Positions 1-10,911 of a stretch of DNA of 64,000 nucleotides are shown here, piece after piece (within the stretch, counting starts at the first letter, position 1; each line of letters begins with the position of its first letter). The stretch comes from an uncultured Acidobacteriota bacterium (GTDB lineage: Bacteria; Acidobacteriota; Vicinamibacteria; Fen-336): positions 2,656,001 to 2,720,000 of the forward strand of contig OY970399.1 of NCBI GenBank assembly GCA_963720545.1. Direction: 5' to 3'. Both the position numbers and the translations under genes were made by a program. The notes beneath the pieces are model-generated. The model was not told where the DNA came from. It did no database searches and was given only the letters and a program-made list of their open reading frames with translations.

Positions 1-2087
1 TGGTCGGCGATGAGGACCAGAGCCTGTATCGCTTCCGCGGCGCCACGGTGCGGAACATTCTCGAGTTCCCGCAACGGATGCCCGGCTGCGCTACAGTCAA
101 ACTAACGACGAACTACCGCTCCCACCGCGCGATCGTGGAACGCTACGACCGCTGGATGGCTTCGACGGACTGGTCGAACCGCAACGGCGCCTCATTCCGC
201 CACGACAAGACCATCGAGGCCGACGCAGCGGCAACGCATCCTGAACTACCCCTCCGTCATCGCGATCTGGGGCAAGGACAAGCGCGACGAGGCCGCTCGT
301 TTCACAGACATCGTCGAGTTCCTGAGAGGCAATCGGGTCATCGCCGACTACGGACAAGTAGCCCTGCTCCTGCACAGCGTGCGGGAGGAACACAGCGGCC
401 CGTATCTCGCCGCGCTGGAGGCCAAGGGCATCCCGACCTTCTGCCCGCGAGCCCGCGCGTACTTCGACATTCCACGAGGTCCGCTGACCTGGTCGCCTGT
501 TTCGCGGTGCTATTCGGCTGGCACGGCAACGGGCGCGGCCAGGTCGGCGGCGCGGTAGCCGAACTGGCCAACTACGTCGACGATGCCATCGTTCGAACTC
601 GCCCGCCGCTTCGGCGCACCGCACCCGCTCGCCGAAGCGCTTGCAACTATGGACCGGCGAGATCGCCGGCCCTGCAGGAAGGCGAAGCGCTCGACCTGCG
701 TCCGGCCGACTACTTCTACCACCTGCTCGCCCTCGACCCGTTCAAGAGCTGCGGTGAAGAACGAGAACATGCGCCCGCAACCTCGCGATCTTCTCCCAGC
801 TGCTGAACGTCTTCCAGAGCTACTACCACTACACCGTCGTCACGCACCGCAACCGCGAGTTCCTCCGGTTACACTTTTTCAACAGCTTCCTGCGTCTGCT
901 CTACGACGGCGGCATCAACGAGTACGAAGACCCGGACCAGCCCTTCCCCAAGGGCCACGTGCAGGTGATGACGATCCACCAAGCCAAGGGACTCGAGTTC
1001 CCGGTGGTCGTGGTTGGTTCGCTCGCGACGCAGCTCTCGAGCCCCAAGCAGATCGACCGCGACCTGCGGCCCCTTCTACCACCGCCCGCCCTTCGAGCCT
1101 GAGAACCGCATCACTCGCTTCGACCGCATGCGGCTGCACTACGTGGCTTTCTCGCGGCCGCAAAAGGTGCTCGTGCTTACGGCCCACGAGCCCCCGAAGG
1201 AGCACTTCACTCCCATCTGGCAGGGGCTCCCGCAATGGCCCTACGTGCAGAAGGAGTTGCTCGCCGCCCAGCGCTTCGAAGTGCGCGAGAGCGATGCCGG
1301 TCAAGAAGTCCTACAGCTTCACCGGCGACCTCAAGGTCTACGAGACCTGCCCGCGCCAGTACCAGTTTTTCCGCGAGTACGACTTCACGCCCTCGCGCTC
1401 GGCGGTGATCTTCTTCGGCCTGCTCGTGCACCAGACAATCGAGGAGATCCACCGCATCGCCCTCGACGGCAGGCTCGACACGCTCGACGAGCCCCGCATC
1501 CGCGAGCTCTTTGACCGCACCTTCCGCTACCTCGTCGCGAGCGACGTGCGGCCCATCGGCGATAGGGCCCGCGAAGCAGCGCTTCGTGCAGGTGATGAAC
1601 TACTTCCACCAGAACCAGCGACGAGATGCGGCGCGTCATCCAGACCGAGGTGGACGTCTCGCTGGAGAAGGACGGCTACATCCTCACCGGCAAGGTGGAT
1701 CTGCTGCTCGGCGGCGACGGCAAGCTGGAACTCCTCGACTTCAAGACCTCGCCGCGCCCGAAGGACTGCCCCGAACTGCTCGCCACTTACGAGCGCCAGC
1801 TTTGCACTTACGCCCATATCCTGGAGCGCCGCCACGGCAAACGGCACCCGGAGCGGCTGCTCCTCTACTGGACTTCCGAACCGCGCAAGCAGGATGCGCT
1901 AGTGGTTCTGTCCTACGACCAGAAGCGCGTGGAGGAGGCCGGCCTGCACTTCGACGAGACCGTGCGTCGCATTCAGGCGCGCGAGTTCGCGGTGACGACG
2001 CCGCCCGAGGCGGCAATCTGCAAGGAGTGCGACCTGCGTATGCTGTGCCACGCGGATGGCGTGATCAGCCGGGAGGCACGCGGCTGA
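1..2087 (+). CDS. UvrD/REP-like SF1 helicase with C-terminal PD-(D/E)XK (AddB/Cas4-like) nuclease; 5'-truncated by window, several frameshifts
   Basis: Helicase motifs read across frames: VGDEDQSLYRFRGA, LTTNYRS, VQVMTIHQAKGLEFPVV, LHYVAFSRPQK. C-terminus YETCPRQY...GKVDLL...LDFKT...CKECDLRMLC has nuclease residues plus a 4-Cys Fe-S-staple pattern. Stop TGA 2085-2087. Confidence 0.85.
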
Positions 2088-5000
2088 TGGCGTGCGACTA
2101 CCTGACCATCCGCGCAGAGAACGAGCGCCGCTACGGAACCGACATCGGGCGCATCGGCCCGATGCTGCTCGCCGATCGGTTACGACGATCGTACCCACTT
2201 CATCTACGAGCTTCTCCAGAACGCTGAGGACGCCCTGCTCAAGCGCGGCTCGGGTACCGGCAAGCGCTCCGTCCGGTTTCAGCTTGGGCCAGGGGCGCTT
2301 CGGATCAGCCACTTCGGCAAGCCCTTCGACCAGGCGGACGTACGCGGCATCTGCGGCATCGCGGAGAGCACGAAGGACCTCACCGCAATCGGGCGATTCG
2401 GCATCGGATTCAAGTCGGTCTACGCCTTTACCGATCGGCCAGAGATCTACTCCGGCGATGAGAGCTTTGCGATCGAGAGCTTTGTCTGGCCGGAAGCTGT
2501 TCCGCAGGCTCGCAGGGACGCAGACGAAACCGTAGTGCTTCTCCCTTTGCGTCACGGGGAGGATGCAACGGAGATCGAATCCGGGCTGAAGCGGCTGGGC
2601 GCGGGCTCGCTCCTCTTTCTTCGCGCAATCGAGGAGATCGAGTGGAGCGCGGAGAGTCGGTTATCCGGAATCTACTTGCGGAGCCAGCCGGATCGGCTTG
2701 CCGACTCGGTGCGCAGGATCACCGTCATCGGCCAGTCTGCGGGCTCGCCGGATGTGGAGGAATCCTGGATCCTTTTCTCGAAGTCGGTCTTCTCTCCTGA
2801 AGGCGAGAATGTGGGCAACGTCGAGGTTGCGTTCTCCATCGGCCGGGATACGAAGTCGGGCAGCGAGACGTTGCGCCCCATCTCGCGCTCGCCTCTCGTG
2901 GTCTTTTTCCCGACGGCCTTGGAAACGCACCTCGGGTTCCTGCTCCAAGGTCCCTTTCGGACCACGCCTAGCCGGGACAACGTGCCCGCGCAGGATGCAT
3001 GGAACCGGCATTGCGTGGCCGAGACGGCAGACGTCGTGCGTCATGCACTCCTCTGGCTGAGGGACAACGGTCACCTCGACGCGGGTGCCTTGCGCTGCCT
3101 GCCGCTTGATCGCGCGAAGTTCCCGGAAGGCGCGATGTTCGCGCCCATCTTCGAGGGCGCGCGAAGCGCGCTCGCCGCAGAAGCGTTGCTTCCCCGTCAC
3201 GGCGGCGGGCACCTGCCCGCGAAACAGGCCCGGCTTGCCCGGACCCAGGAATTGCGCGAGTTGCTGAGTCCGGCGCAGCTCACGGCGCTGCTCGGCGCAC
3301 AGACCGAACTCGCCTGGCTGGATGGCGCGATCTCGCAGGACCGCACACCGGACCTTCGGGACTACCTAATCGAGGAGTTGCAGGTCGAGGAAGTCAGACC
3401 CGAGACCATTCTCCCGAAGTTCACCGCGCAGTTCCTCGAAGCGCAGCCCGACGAATGGGTGCGCCGGCTCTATGAGTTCCTCGGCGACCAGAAGGCTCTG
3501 CACTTCCGCGCGCGTGAGCTGCCCCTCGTGAGGATCGAGGACTGCCGGCATGTCCGCGCCCAGGTCAACGGCCAGCCAGAGGCATTCCTTCCCGGCGCGG
3601 TCGCCACCGAGTTTCCGACAGTGCGCCGGGCCGTATGCAACACGGAAGGGTCCCGCACTTTTCTCGAAGCGCTCGGCCTTACGGAGCCAGACCTCGTGGA
3701 CGACGTGATCGTCAACGTGCTGCCGCGGTATTCCACGGATCAGGCCGCATTGGACTCCGAGGCGTACGCGGCCGACATCGAGCGGATGTTGCGCGCGTAC
3801 CGAACCGACTCGGACAGCCGCCGCGGCCGACTGGTCGCCGCGCTTCGCGAGACCAAGTTTGTCGCGCCACGAGCGCAGAGCGACGATGCGCCGCGAATGG
3901 CCACGCTGGGCGACGTCTACCTCGCGACTGAGCGGCTGACGCGGCTTTTCGCCGGCGTCCAAGGCGTGCGCCTTGTCGATGACGGCTACGCGTGCCTGAA
4001 GGGCGAGGACGTGCGCGACGTACTCGAAGCATGCGGCGCCGTGCGCTATCCGCGTCCGGTCGAAGACACATCGCTATCATGGGAGGAGAGGCGCAAGCTC
4101 CGCGTGCGGGCGGGGCACGCTGAGACCTCGCATCAGAACGATCGCGTAACCGACTGGTCGCTGAAGGGTCTAGAAGCCTGGATCGGGATGCTGCCGGGAC
4201 TCGGCGCCGAGGAGCGTCGGGAGCGGGCCAGCTTGCTGTGGGAAGAGCTGGCGAACTTGGAGGAGCGGCGCGGCAAGGCTGTCTTCGGCGCGGTCTATAC
4301 ATGGACGCACTACGGGAGCTACAGGGCCGACTACGACGCAGCTTTCGTGCGACTGCTCAACGGCAAGGAGTGGGTGCCGGACGCCGACGGAACTCTTCGC
4401 CTTCCGTCCGCTGTCCTGTTCGATTCGCTCGATTGGAAACCGAATCCGTTTCTGCTCTCGAAGATTCGCTTCAAGCGGCCGGTCATCGACCAGCTGGCGC
4501 GCGAGGCCGGCATCGAGCCCGGCTTGCTCGACCTGCTCAGGAAACTGGGTATCGCAAGCGAAGCCGAGCTGCGCCATCGGCTTGGTGTGCAGCAAGAAAG
4601 CCCTGCCGGCGACGAGGGCAGGGGCGAGAGCGTCGATGACGCACTGAAGAGGCTTGGAGCCACGTGAACGAACAAGCCGCGGGCGACGGATCCGACAGCT
4701 GGCGCGCCGACACAAAATGGCGCACAAGGGGGCGTCGCTCCTGGTGGAAGGCGTTCTGGCTCTAGCGGCTGGAAGCGCACTCCGGGCGGCTCGGGAGGCA
4801 GGCCGTTCATCTCCTATATCGGGACGCATACTGACGACGAGGGGCGAGACCCAGACGGCCTGGATCAGGCGTCGCGCGTGGCGCTCGAGGCGAAGGGCAT
4901 CCGCGCTGATACGCGCAGGGGTCCTCGGTGGCAGCGCACGCCGACACACAATAGCGGCTTCGATCTCTTCGAACAGGGACCGGATGGCAGGCCACGCCGC

Positions 5001-5230
5001 TGGTGCGAGGTCAAGGCGATGACGGGCCGGCTCGCGGACCGGCCGGTCGGCCTTTCGCACACGCAGTTTCAGTGCGCACGCGAGCACGGCGAGGCCTACT
5101 GGCTGTATGTGGTGGAATGCGCTGGCACAGACGAGGCTCGCCTTGTTCGCATACAGAACACCGCTGGCAAGGCACGCACCTTTACCTTCGACACGGCTGG
5201 CTCGACATCGCCGAGACAGATTCCGAATAA
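2087..5230 (+). pseudogene. Sacsin/NOV-like GHKL ATPase with C-terminal DUF3883 (restriction-endonuclease-like) domain; frameshifts and in-frame TGA at 4665
   Basis: ATG overlaps the upstream TGA. N-terminal FIYELLQNAEDA...IGRFGIGFKSVY and FLLQGPFRTTPSRDN. C-terminal GFDL...WCEVKAM...LS..Q...WLYVV. The same frame continues through TGA 4665-4667. Confidence 0.75.
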
Positions 5231-5253
5231 GAACCTCGAGAGGACTAACGCGC

Positions 5254-7103
5254 ATGGCAAAGATCGACATCACACGGACCGAGCTGGTCTGGCAAGGCAA
5301 GTACAACGAGGACGGCGCGCTGAAGGAGGTGCCGCGCGTCAGCCTGCCCTTCCAAGTCATCGAGACCGTCAACGAGAGCCGCGCCACGCGCGAGGCGAAG
5401 AAGGGCAGCGTGCAGGCCGGCCTCTTCGACTTCTATGAGGGCAAGGAGGGCGACACCTTCGAGGCGGGCTGGCGGAACAAGCTCATCTGGGGCGACAACC
5501 TGCTGGTGATGGGGTCGCTACTGGAGAAGTTTACCGGGAAGATCGACCTCATCTACATCGACCCACCGTTTCATAGCGGGGCCGATTTCTCGATTGAGAC
5601 GTCGGTTGGTGAGCAGGATCTCATCAAGGAGCCATCGTTAATCGAGGAGAAGGCATATCGCGACACTTGGGCCGGTGGTGCCGGTTCATACCTCGCGATG
5701 ATGAAACCTAGACTTGAGCTTGCGAGGGACCTCCTGGCGCCAAATGGAAGCCTATTCATCCATCTTGACTGGCATGTGGGTTACTTTGTTCGCGCGCTTC
5801 TCGATGAGGTCTTCGGTAGCGAGCGCTTCAGAAACGAAATCGTTTGGTACTACTACAACCGGTTTGCTGCTGACGGCCAGAACTTTGGGAGGAAGCACAA
5901 CGTAATCTTCTGGTACACGAAGGGTGGCGAAGTAACGTATCGGCCAATTGATGAGGCTCGCGACACCCCACAAAAGCGACTTCTCCGAAAGAAACACAAG
6001 GGTAGAGCCATTAATGTACGCGGCGAATCCGACCGAACTCGTCTACTACGACCAGACAACTAGACGCATCGACGACGTTTGGCGAATTCCGCTCGTACCT
6101 CCCGCTTCTTCGGACTACACGGGATTCGCGACACAAAAGCCCGTCGAATGAGTAAGTCGAATTCTTGAGGCTTGCAGCAGGCCAGGTGGAATTGTCGCTG
6201 ACTTTTTCTGTGGTTCTGGATCATCGCTTGTCGCGGCGGAGAAACATGGAGCCCGCTGGATCGGCTGCGATCTGGGCCGCTGGGGCATTCACGTCACCCG
6301 CAAGCGGCTGCTCGGGATCGAGAACTGCAAGCCCTTCGAGGTGCTGAACCTCGGCAAGTATGAGCGACAGTACTGGCAGGGGGTGACATTCGGCGAAACG
6401 AAGGGCAAGCCGATCGTCGAGCAGGCGCTCTACGAGTACCTGGCCTTCATCCTCAAGCTCTACCGCGCGCAGCCAGTCGCGGGGATGGCGCACCTGCACG
6501 GCAGGAAGGGCAAGGCCATGGTCCATATCGGCGCCGTCGATGCCCCCGTGACCATTGCCGAGATCGACGCAGCGGTGGGCGAGTGCGGCAAGCTTAATGC
6601 AGAGCGAGCTGCATGTGCTCGGCTGGGAGTGGGAGATGGGCCTCTATGACCTGATGGTCGAGGCCGCGAAGAAGAGCGGGGTGAAGCTTCTCCTCCTGCA
6701 GATCCCGCGGGAGGTGATGGAGCAACAGGCTGCCGCCAAGGGTGATGTGCGTTTTTTTGAACTGGCCTACCTCGAGGCGGAGATCAAACAGCCGAAGAAG
6801 CTCGCCGCGCAGGTGGTGCTCAAGGACTTCGTACTCCCCAACACCGAACTGATCCCTGAGGACGTGCGCAGCAAGGTGAAGAAGTGGTCTGACTACATCG
6901 ACTACTGGGCGGTGGACTGGGACTTTCAGAACGACACCTTCATGCAGGGATAGGTGGCCTACCGCACGCGCAAGGAGCGTAAACTTCCGCTTAGCTCCGA
7001 CGCCCACTCCTACGAGAAGAGTGGCCACTACCGCATCCTCGTCAAGGTGATCGACATCTTCGGCAACGACACCTCGCAGGCCTTCGACGTGGAGGTGAAG
7101 TAG
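5254..7103 (+). pseudogene. mod: Type III R-M modification subunit (N6-adenine DNA methyltransferase, beta class), disrupted
   Basis: NKLIWGDNL, IDLIYIDPPF (motif IV), TQKP, VADFFCGSG (motif I), C-terminal YRILVKVIDIFGNDT. In-frame TGA 6149 and TAG 6951, plus frameshifts near 6030 and 6600. Confidence 0.85.
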
Positions 7104-7105
7104 CC

Positions 7106-9885
7106 ATGGCCAAGGCCGTCATCGCCTACGACAGAGAGCTGCCTGAGATACAGGGCCGCCAGCCATGGGAAAAACAGACTTCGTACCTGGTAAAGGACGA
7201 CGCGGCTCCGACCGGCTGGCGAGCGGAGACCTCTGGCCGCCGCCCGAGCCGACTGCTGCTGGTGCCGAGGATCCGCGCCGAAGTGGACGCTTGGCGCGCC
7301 GGCAGCTACCAAGGCGCGTCCGAGGTTACGCGGCGTCTCTTCGAATACTGGTTCGGCGACGACCACGAGGTCCCCGGCTTCGGCGTGCCTTTTCGCTATC
7401 ACTTCTGCCAACGCGAGGCAATCGAAACGCTGGTGTGGCTGGTGGAGGTCGCTGACCAGCGCGACAACCAGAAGCTCATTGAAACCCACGCGACGATTTT
7501 CAAGAAAGACTTGTTCACGAAGAACATCACCTTCCAGACCACGATGGACAGCCGGCGGCAACTGCGGCGCTATGTGCCGGAACTGGACGCTGAGGGCCTG
7601 CAGGACCTGCCGCCCCAGGATCTGCGTCGCTTCGCTCTCAAGATGGCGATGCGCTCCGGCAAGACCTAGGTGGTGGCGATGGCCATCGTCTGGGCCCGCT
7701 TCCACAAGCTGCGCTTGCCGGACTCGGAGATGTCCACCAATTTCCTGATCGTCGCGCCGAACATCATCGTTTACCAGCGGCTGGAGCGCGACTTCGCTGC
7801 CAACCGCATCTTTTACGAGCTTCCGCTGATTCCTCCCGAGTGGCGCGGGGCGTTTTCGCAGAAGGTGATCCTACGCGGCGAGGCGGCCGAGCCCGACGCG
7901 TCGAGCAACCTCTTTCTCACCAACGTTCACCAGCTCTACGAGTCGCGCGACGAGGAGTGGATGCTGCAGAACGCCGTCGAGGCGCTGCTCGGCAAGGAGC
8001 CTGCGAGGGACCACGCTGCTTCAGGCCAGCGCCCCATGCTGGAGCGCGTCAAATCGCTTCAGGATCTGATCGTGCTGAACGACGAGGCCCACCACGTCCA
8101 TGACGAGGATTTGGCCTGGAGCCGGTCGCTACTCGGCGTGCATCGCGCGCTGCCGAAAGGCCTCGCACTCTGGCTCGACTTTTAAGCCACGCCCAAGGAT
8201 CAGAACGCGATGTATTTTCCTTGGACGGTCTGCGACTACCCGCTTGCCCAGGCGGTGGAGGACCGCATCGTCAAGGCGCCGCTCATCGTCACCAAGGAGG
8301 ACGACGCCAAGCAGCCAAAGGACGACCCCGATGGCGTGACAGCCGACAACATTGGTGAGAAGTACGGCTACTGGCTGCGGGCGGCCGTACAGCGTTGGAA
8401 AGATCATTACAAGGTATACAAGCAACTCGAGGTATAGCCGGTGCTCTTCATCATGGCTGAGAAGAACGTTTACGCCGATGCAATCGGCGGATACTTATTG
8501 AAAACTAAGGACTTCCGCTTCAAGGAGACCGAGGTGTTGGTCATCCACACCGACGCAGCAGGCGAGATCACCAAGAAGGACCTCGACAAGGCGCGCGAGG
8601 CCGCCCGCGACATCGACAAGGCAGAGAGCAAGGTCAAGGCGATCGTTAGCGTGATGATGCTGCGCGAGGGGTGGGACGTCCGGAACGTCACCGTGGTACT
8701 GGGCTTGCGTCCCTTCACGGCGAGGGCGGAGATACTACCCGAGCAGGTGATCGGGCGTGGCTTACGGCTGATGACTCAGGTGAGCCCAGATCGGACACAG
8801 ACTCTGGAGGTACTCGGCACCCGCAACCTGCTCAACGTGCTGCGTAGCCAGCTTGAAGCGGAGGGCGTGGGGGTCGCCAGTACCAAGATCGATCCGATGC
8901 CACCGGTCATTATCTCGCCGATCAAAGAACGTCTCGCCTACGACATCGCGATTCCGATCACCAAGCCCAGCCTCGAGCATGACATCCGCAAGCTCTCCGA
9001 ATTGGAGGTCGAGGCGCTTGACGCCATTTACGAACAGGAAGATCTCGCCGAGGTGTTCCGGATAGAAAGCTCAAGCTCGAGTTCGCGACCACTGCGACAG
9101 AGGTCCATCAGGCCGACATCGCGTCGGACGAGTTGGCACCTGCGTCTGAGCTGCTTGCCCGCATCACCAACAAGGTCATCGACCGTGCCAAGTTGCCGAA
9201 TCGGTTCGCGGAGCTCTATCCCTCGGTGCGGGGCTACGTCGCGACCCGCTGCTTCGGCAGAACTGCGAATCTTGAGGACGAGACCCTCCTTTCCCACCTT
9301 TCCCGGTTGGAGCTGCAGGATGGCATCGCTAAGTATCTCGCCCGCAAGATCGCTGAGCTGACGATCGAGCGGCGTGCCATCGAGTTCGATAAAGCTGACT
9401 TCCGATTGTCTGATACGAAGCCGTTCAGTTGGCGGCGCAATCTCCCACCGCTTGAGGCGAGGAAGACGGTCTTCAACTACGTCGCCACCTACAATGAGTT
9501 TGAGCGCCGTTTCGCCGTGTTCTTGGATAAAGGGGCGAGCGACGTGTTGCGCTTCGCGTCCCTAGGCACGACCGAGCAGGGCGAGTCCGGCACCCAGTTC
9601 CGGGTCGATTACCTGAAGCCGAGCGGTGCAATAGGCTTCTATCATCCAGACTGGGTGGTCGTGCAGAAGACGAACGTCGGCGAAGTGAACTGGATTATCG
9701 AGACCAAGGGACGCGTCTGGGAGGGCACGACGGCGAAGGATGAAGCGCTGCAGACCTGGTGCTCACGGATCAGCCTCGCCACAGGAAAAACATGGCGCTA
9801 TACCAGGATCGACCAAGTCAAGTTCGATGGGTACACGCCGATAGACCTCAGCGATTTGCTCGATTCGTTGACGCGGCAGCTGTGA
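7106..9885 (+). pseudogene. res: Type III R-M restriction subunit (SF2 helicase + PD-(D/E)XK endonuclease), disrupted
   Basis: CQREAIE, KMAMRSGKT (degenerate Walker A), NDEAHH, MLREGWDV, EQVIGRGLR, YHPDW...IIETKG. In-frame stops TAG 7667, TAA 8183 and TAG 8435, and a frameshift near 9070. Confidence 0.85.
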
Positions 9886-10087
9886 AGTGGTCGAGCACCT
9901 ACGCCTCTAAGCACTGCCCACCATCCGGACCGCGAACACGCAACATCGTCTGATTCGCCCAGAACCTGCTATACCACGGAGAAGTAGCACGTGGGACTAT
10001 ATATTGCCGGCTGTTGCTGTCGCTGTGACCGAAGTCCGCGACAGGCACGCACCCTACACGGCGGCTTCTGAAGATCGACCATCGAGT

Positions 10088-10909
10088 TGACCTGCCCCCA
10101 AATCTAGCTCGCGTTAGGTTGGCATTTCTCCGGCCGGAATGGAGGGAATGACGCGATGCAGGCTTACGACGAAACCGATCATCGGTGCGCTGAAGGAGCA
10201 CACGAAGCCGGGCTGAAGGCTCGAAGTTGATGTGTAGCACGGCCTAGGGGAGCACACTATCTACCGCTGGAATCGAAATTGGGGGCGTGGATGTGAGCGA
10301 AGCGCTGCGACTGAAACAGCTCGAGGATGAAACCGACGGCTGAAGCATTGGTAGCCGACCTGACTCTGGACTACCATGCGCTAAAGGCGGTGGCGAGAAA
10401 AAGTGGTGACGACCACGCAGCGGCGTTCTGCGGTGAAATTCCTCACGAACGAGAGTACGCGGTGAGCCAGCGTTGTGCATGTCGGCTCCTCGGCTTGAGC
10501 GAAGCGACTTGTCGCCACCGTCGCCACGCATCGACCAGAATGTCAAGATTCACGGGCAGTTGACGACTCTGGCTGCGGAGCGGTAGGGGTGGGGCAATAT
10601 CTACGTGTGCAGGGGATATTTGCGCGACGTGCTGGTCAGCGAATGAACCACAAGCGCGTCTATCGTATCTACCGCGAGGCGGCCTGGCAGTGCGACGGCG
10701 CCGTCGGAAGCGGGATCGCTGGCTCTTACCGCCGGCCGATTGCCACGCCCACGCAAGGGAACGAGCGCTGGTCGATGGATTTTGGGGTCGACGGCACCTT
10801 TGCGTGCAGCCAAGGGCACGGAGGGTGAACTCACTACACCGCACGTTAGCGTGAGCTGCAAATGGTCCCAACGGTATACTCCTGACAACACTTCTAGGTG
10901 GGGACAGCA
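10088..10909 (+). mobile_element. Degenerate, internally deleted IS3-family (IS407-group-like) insertion sequence
   Basis: Begins TGACCTGCCCCC, an IS407-like left end. OrfA remnants (GVDVSEALRLKQLEDE, LVADLTLD), AAAAAG slippery site near 10397, OrfB remnants (MNHKRVYRIYRE, NERWSMDF). The right end is inferred from a degenerate IR, CTAGGTGGGGACAGCA, at about 10894-10909. Confidence 0.7.
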
Positions 10910-10911
10910 GG

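Noticed and set aside
1300..2087. Cas4 gene or CRISPR-Cas locus
   Set aside because: The 4-Cys nuclease is the C-terminal domain of a UvrD fusion. No other cas genes or array were seen.
4665..8437. Stop-codon reassignment or readthrough explaining the in-frame stops
   Set aside because: All three stop codons are involved and they appear to replace different residues. Neighbouring genes terminate normally at TAG, TGA and TAA.
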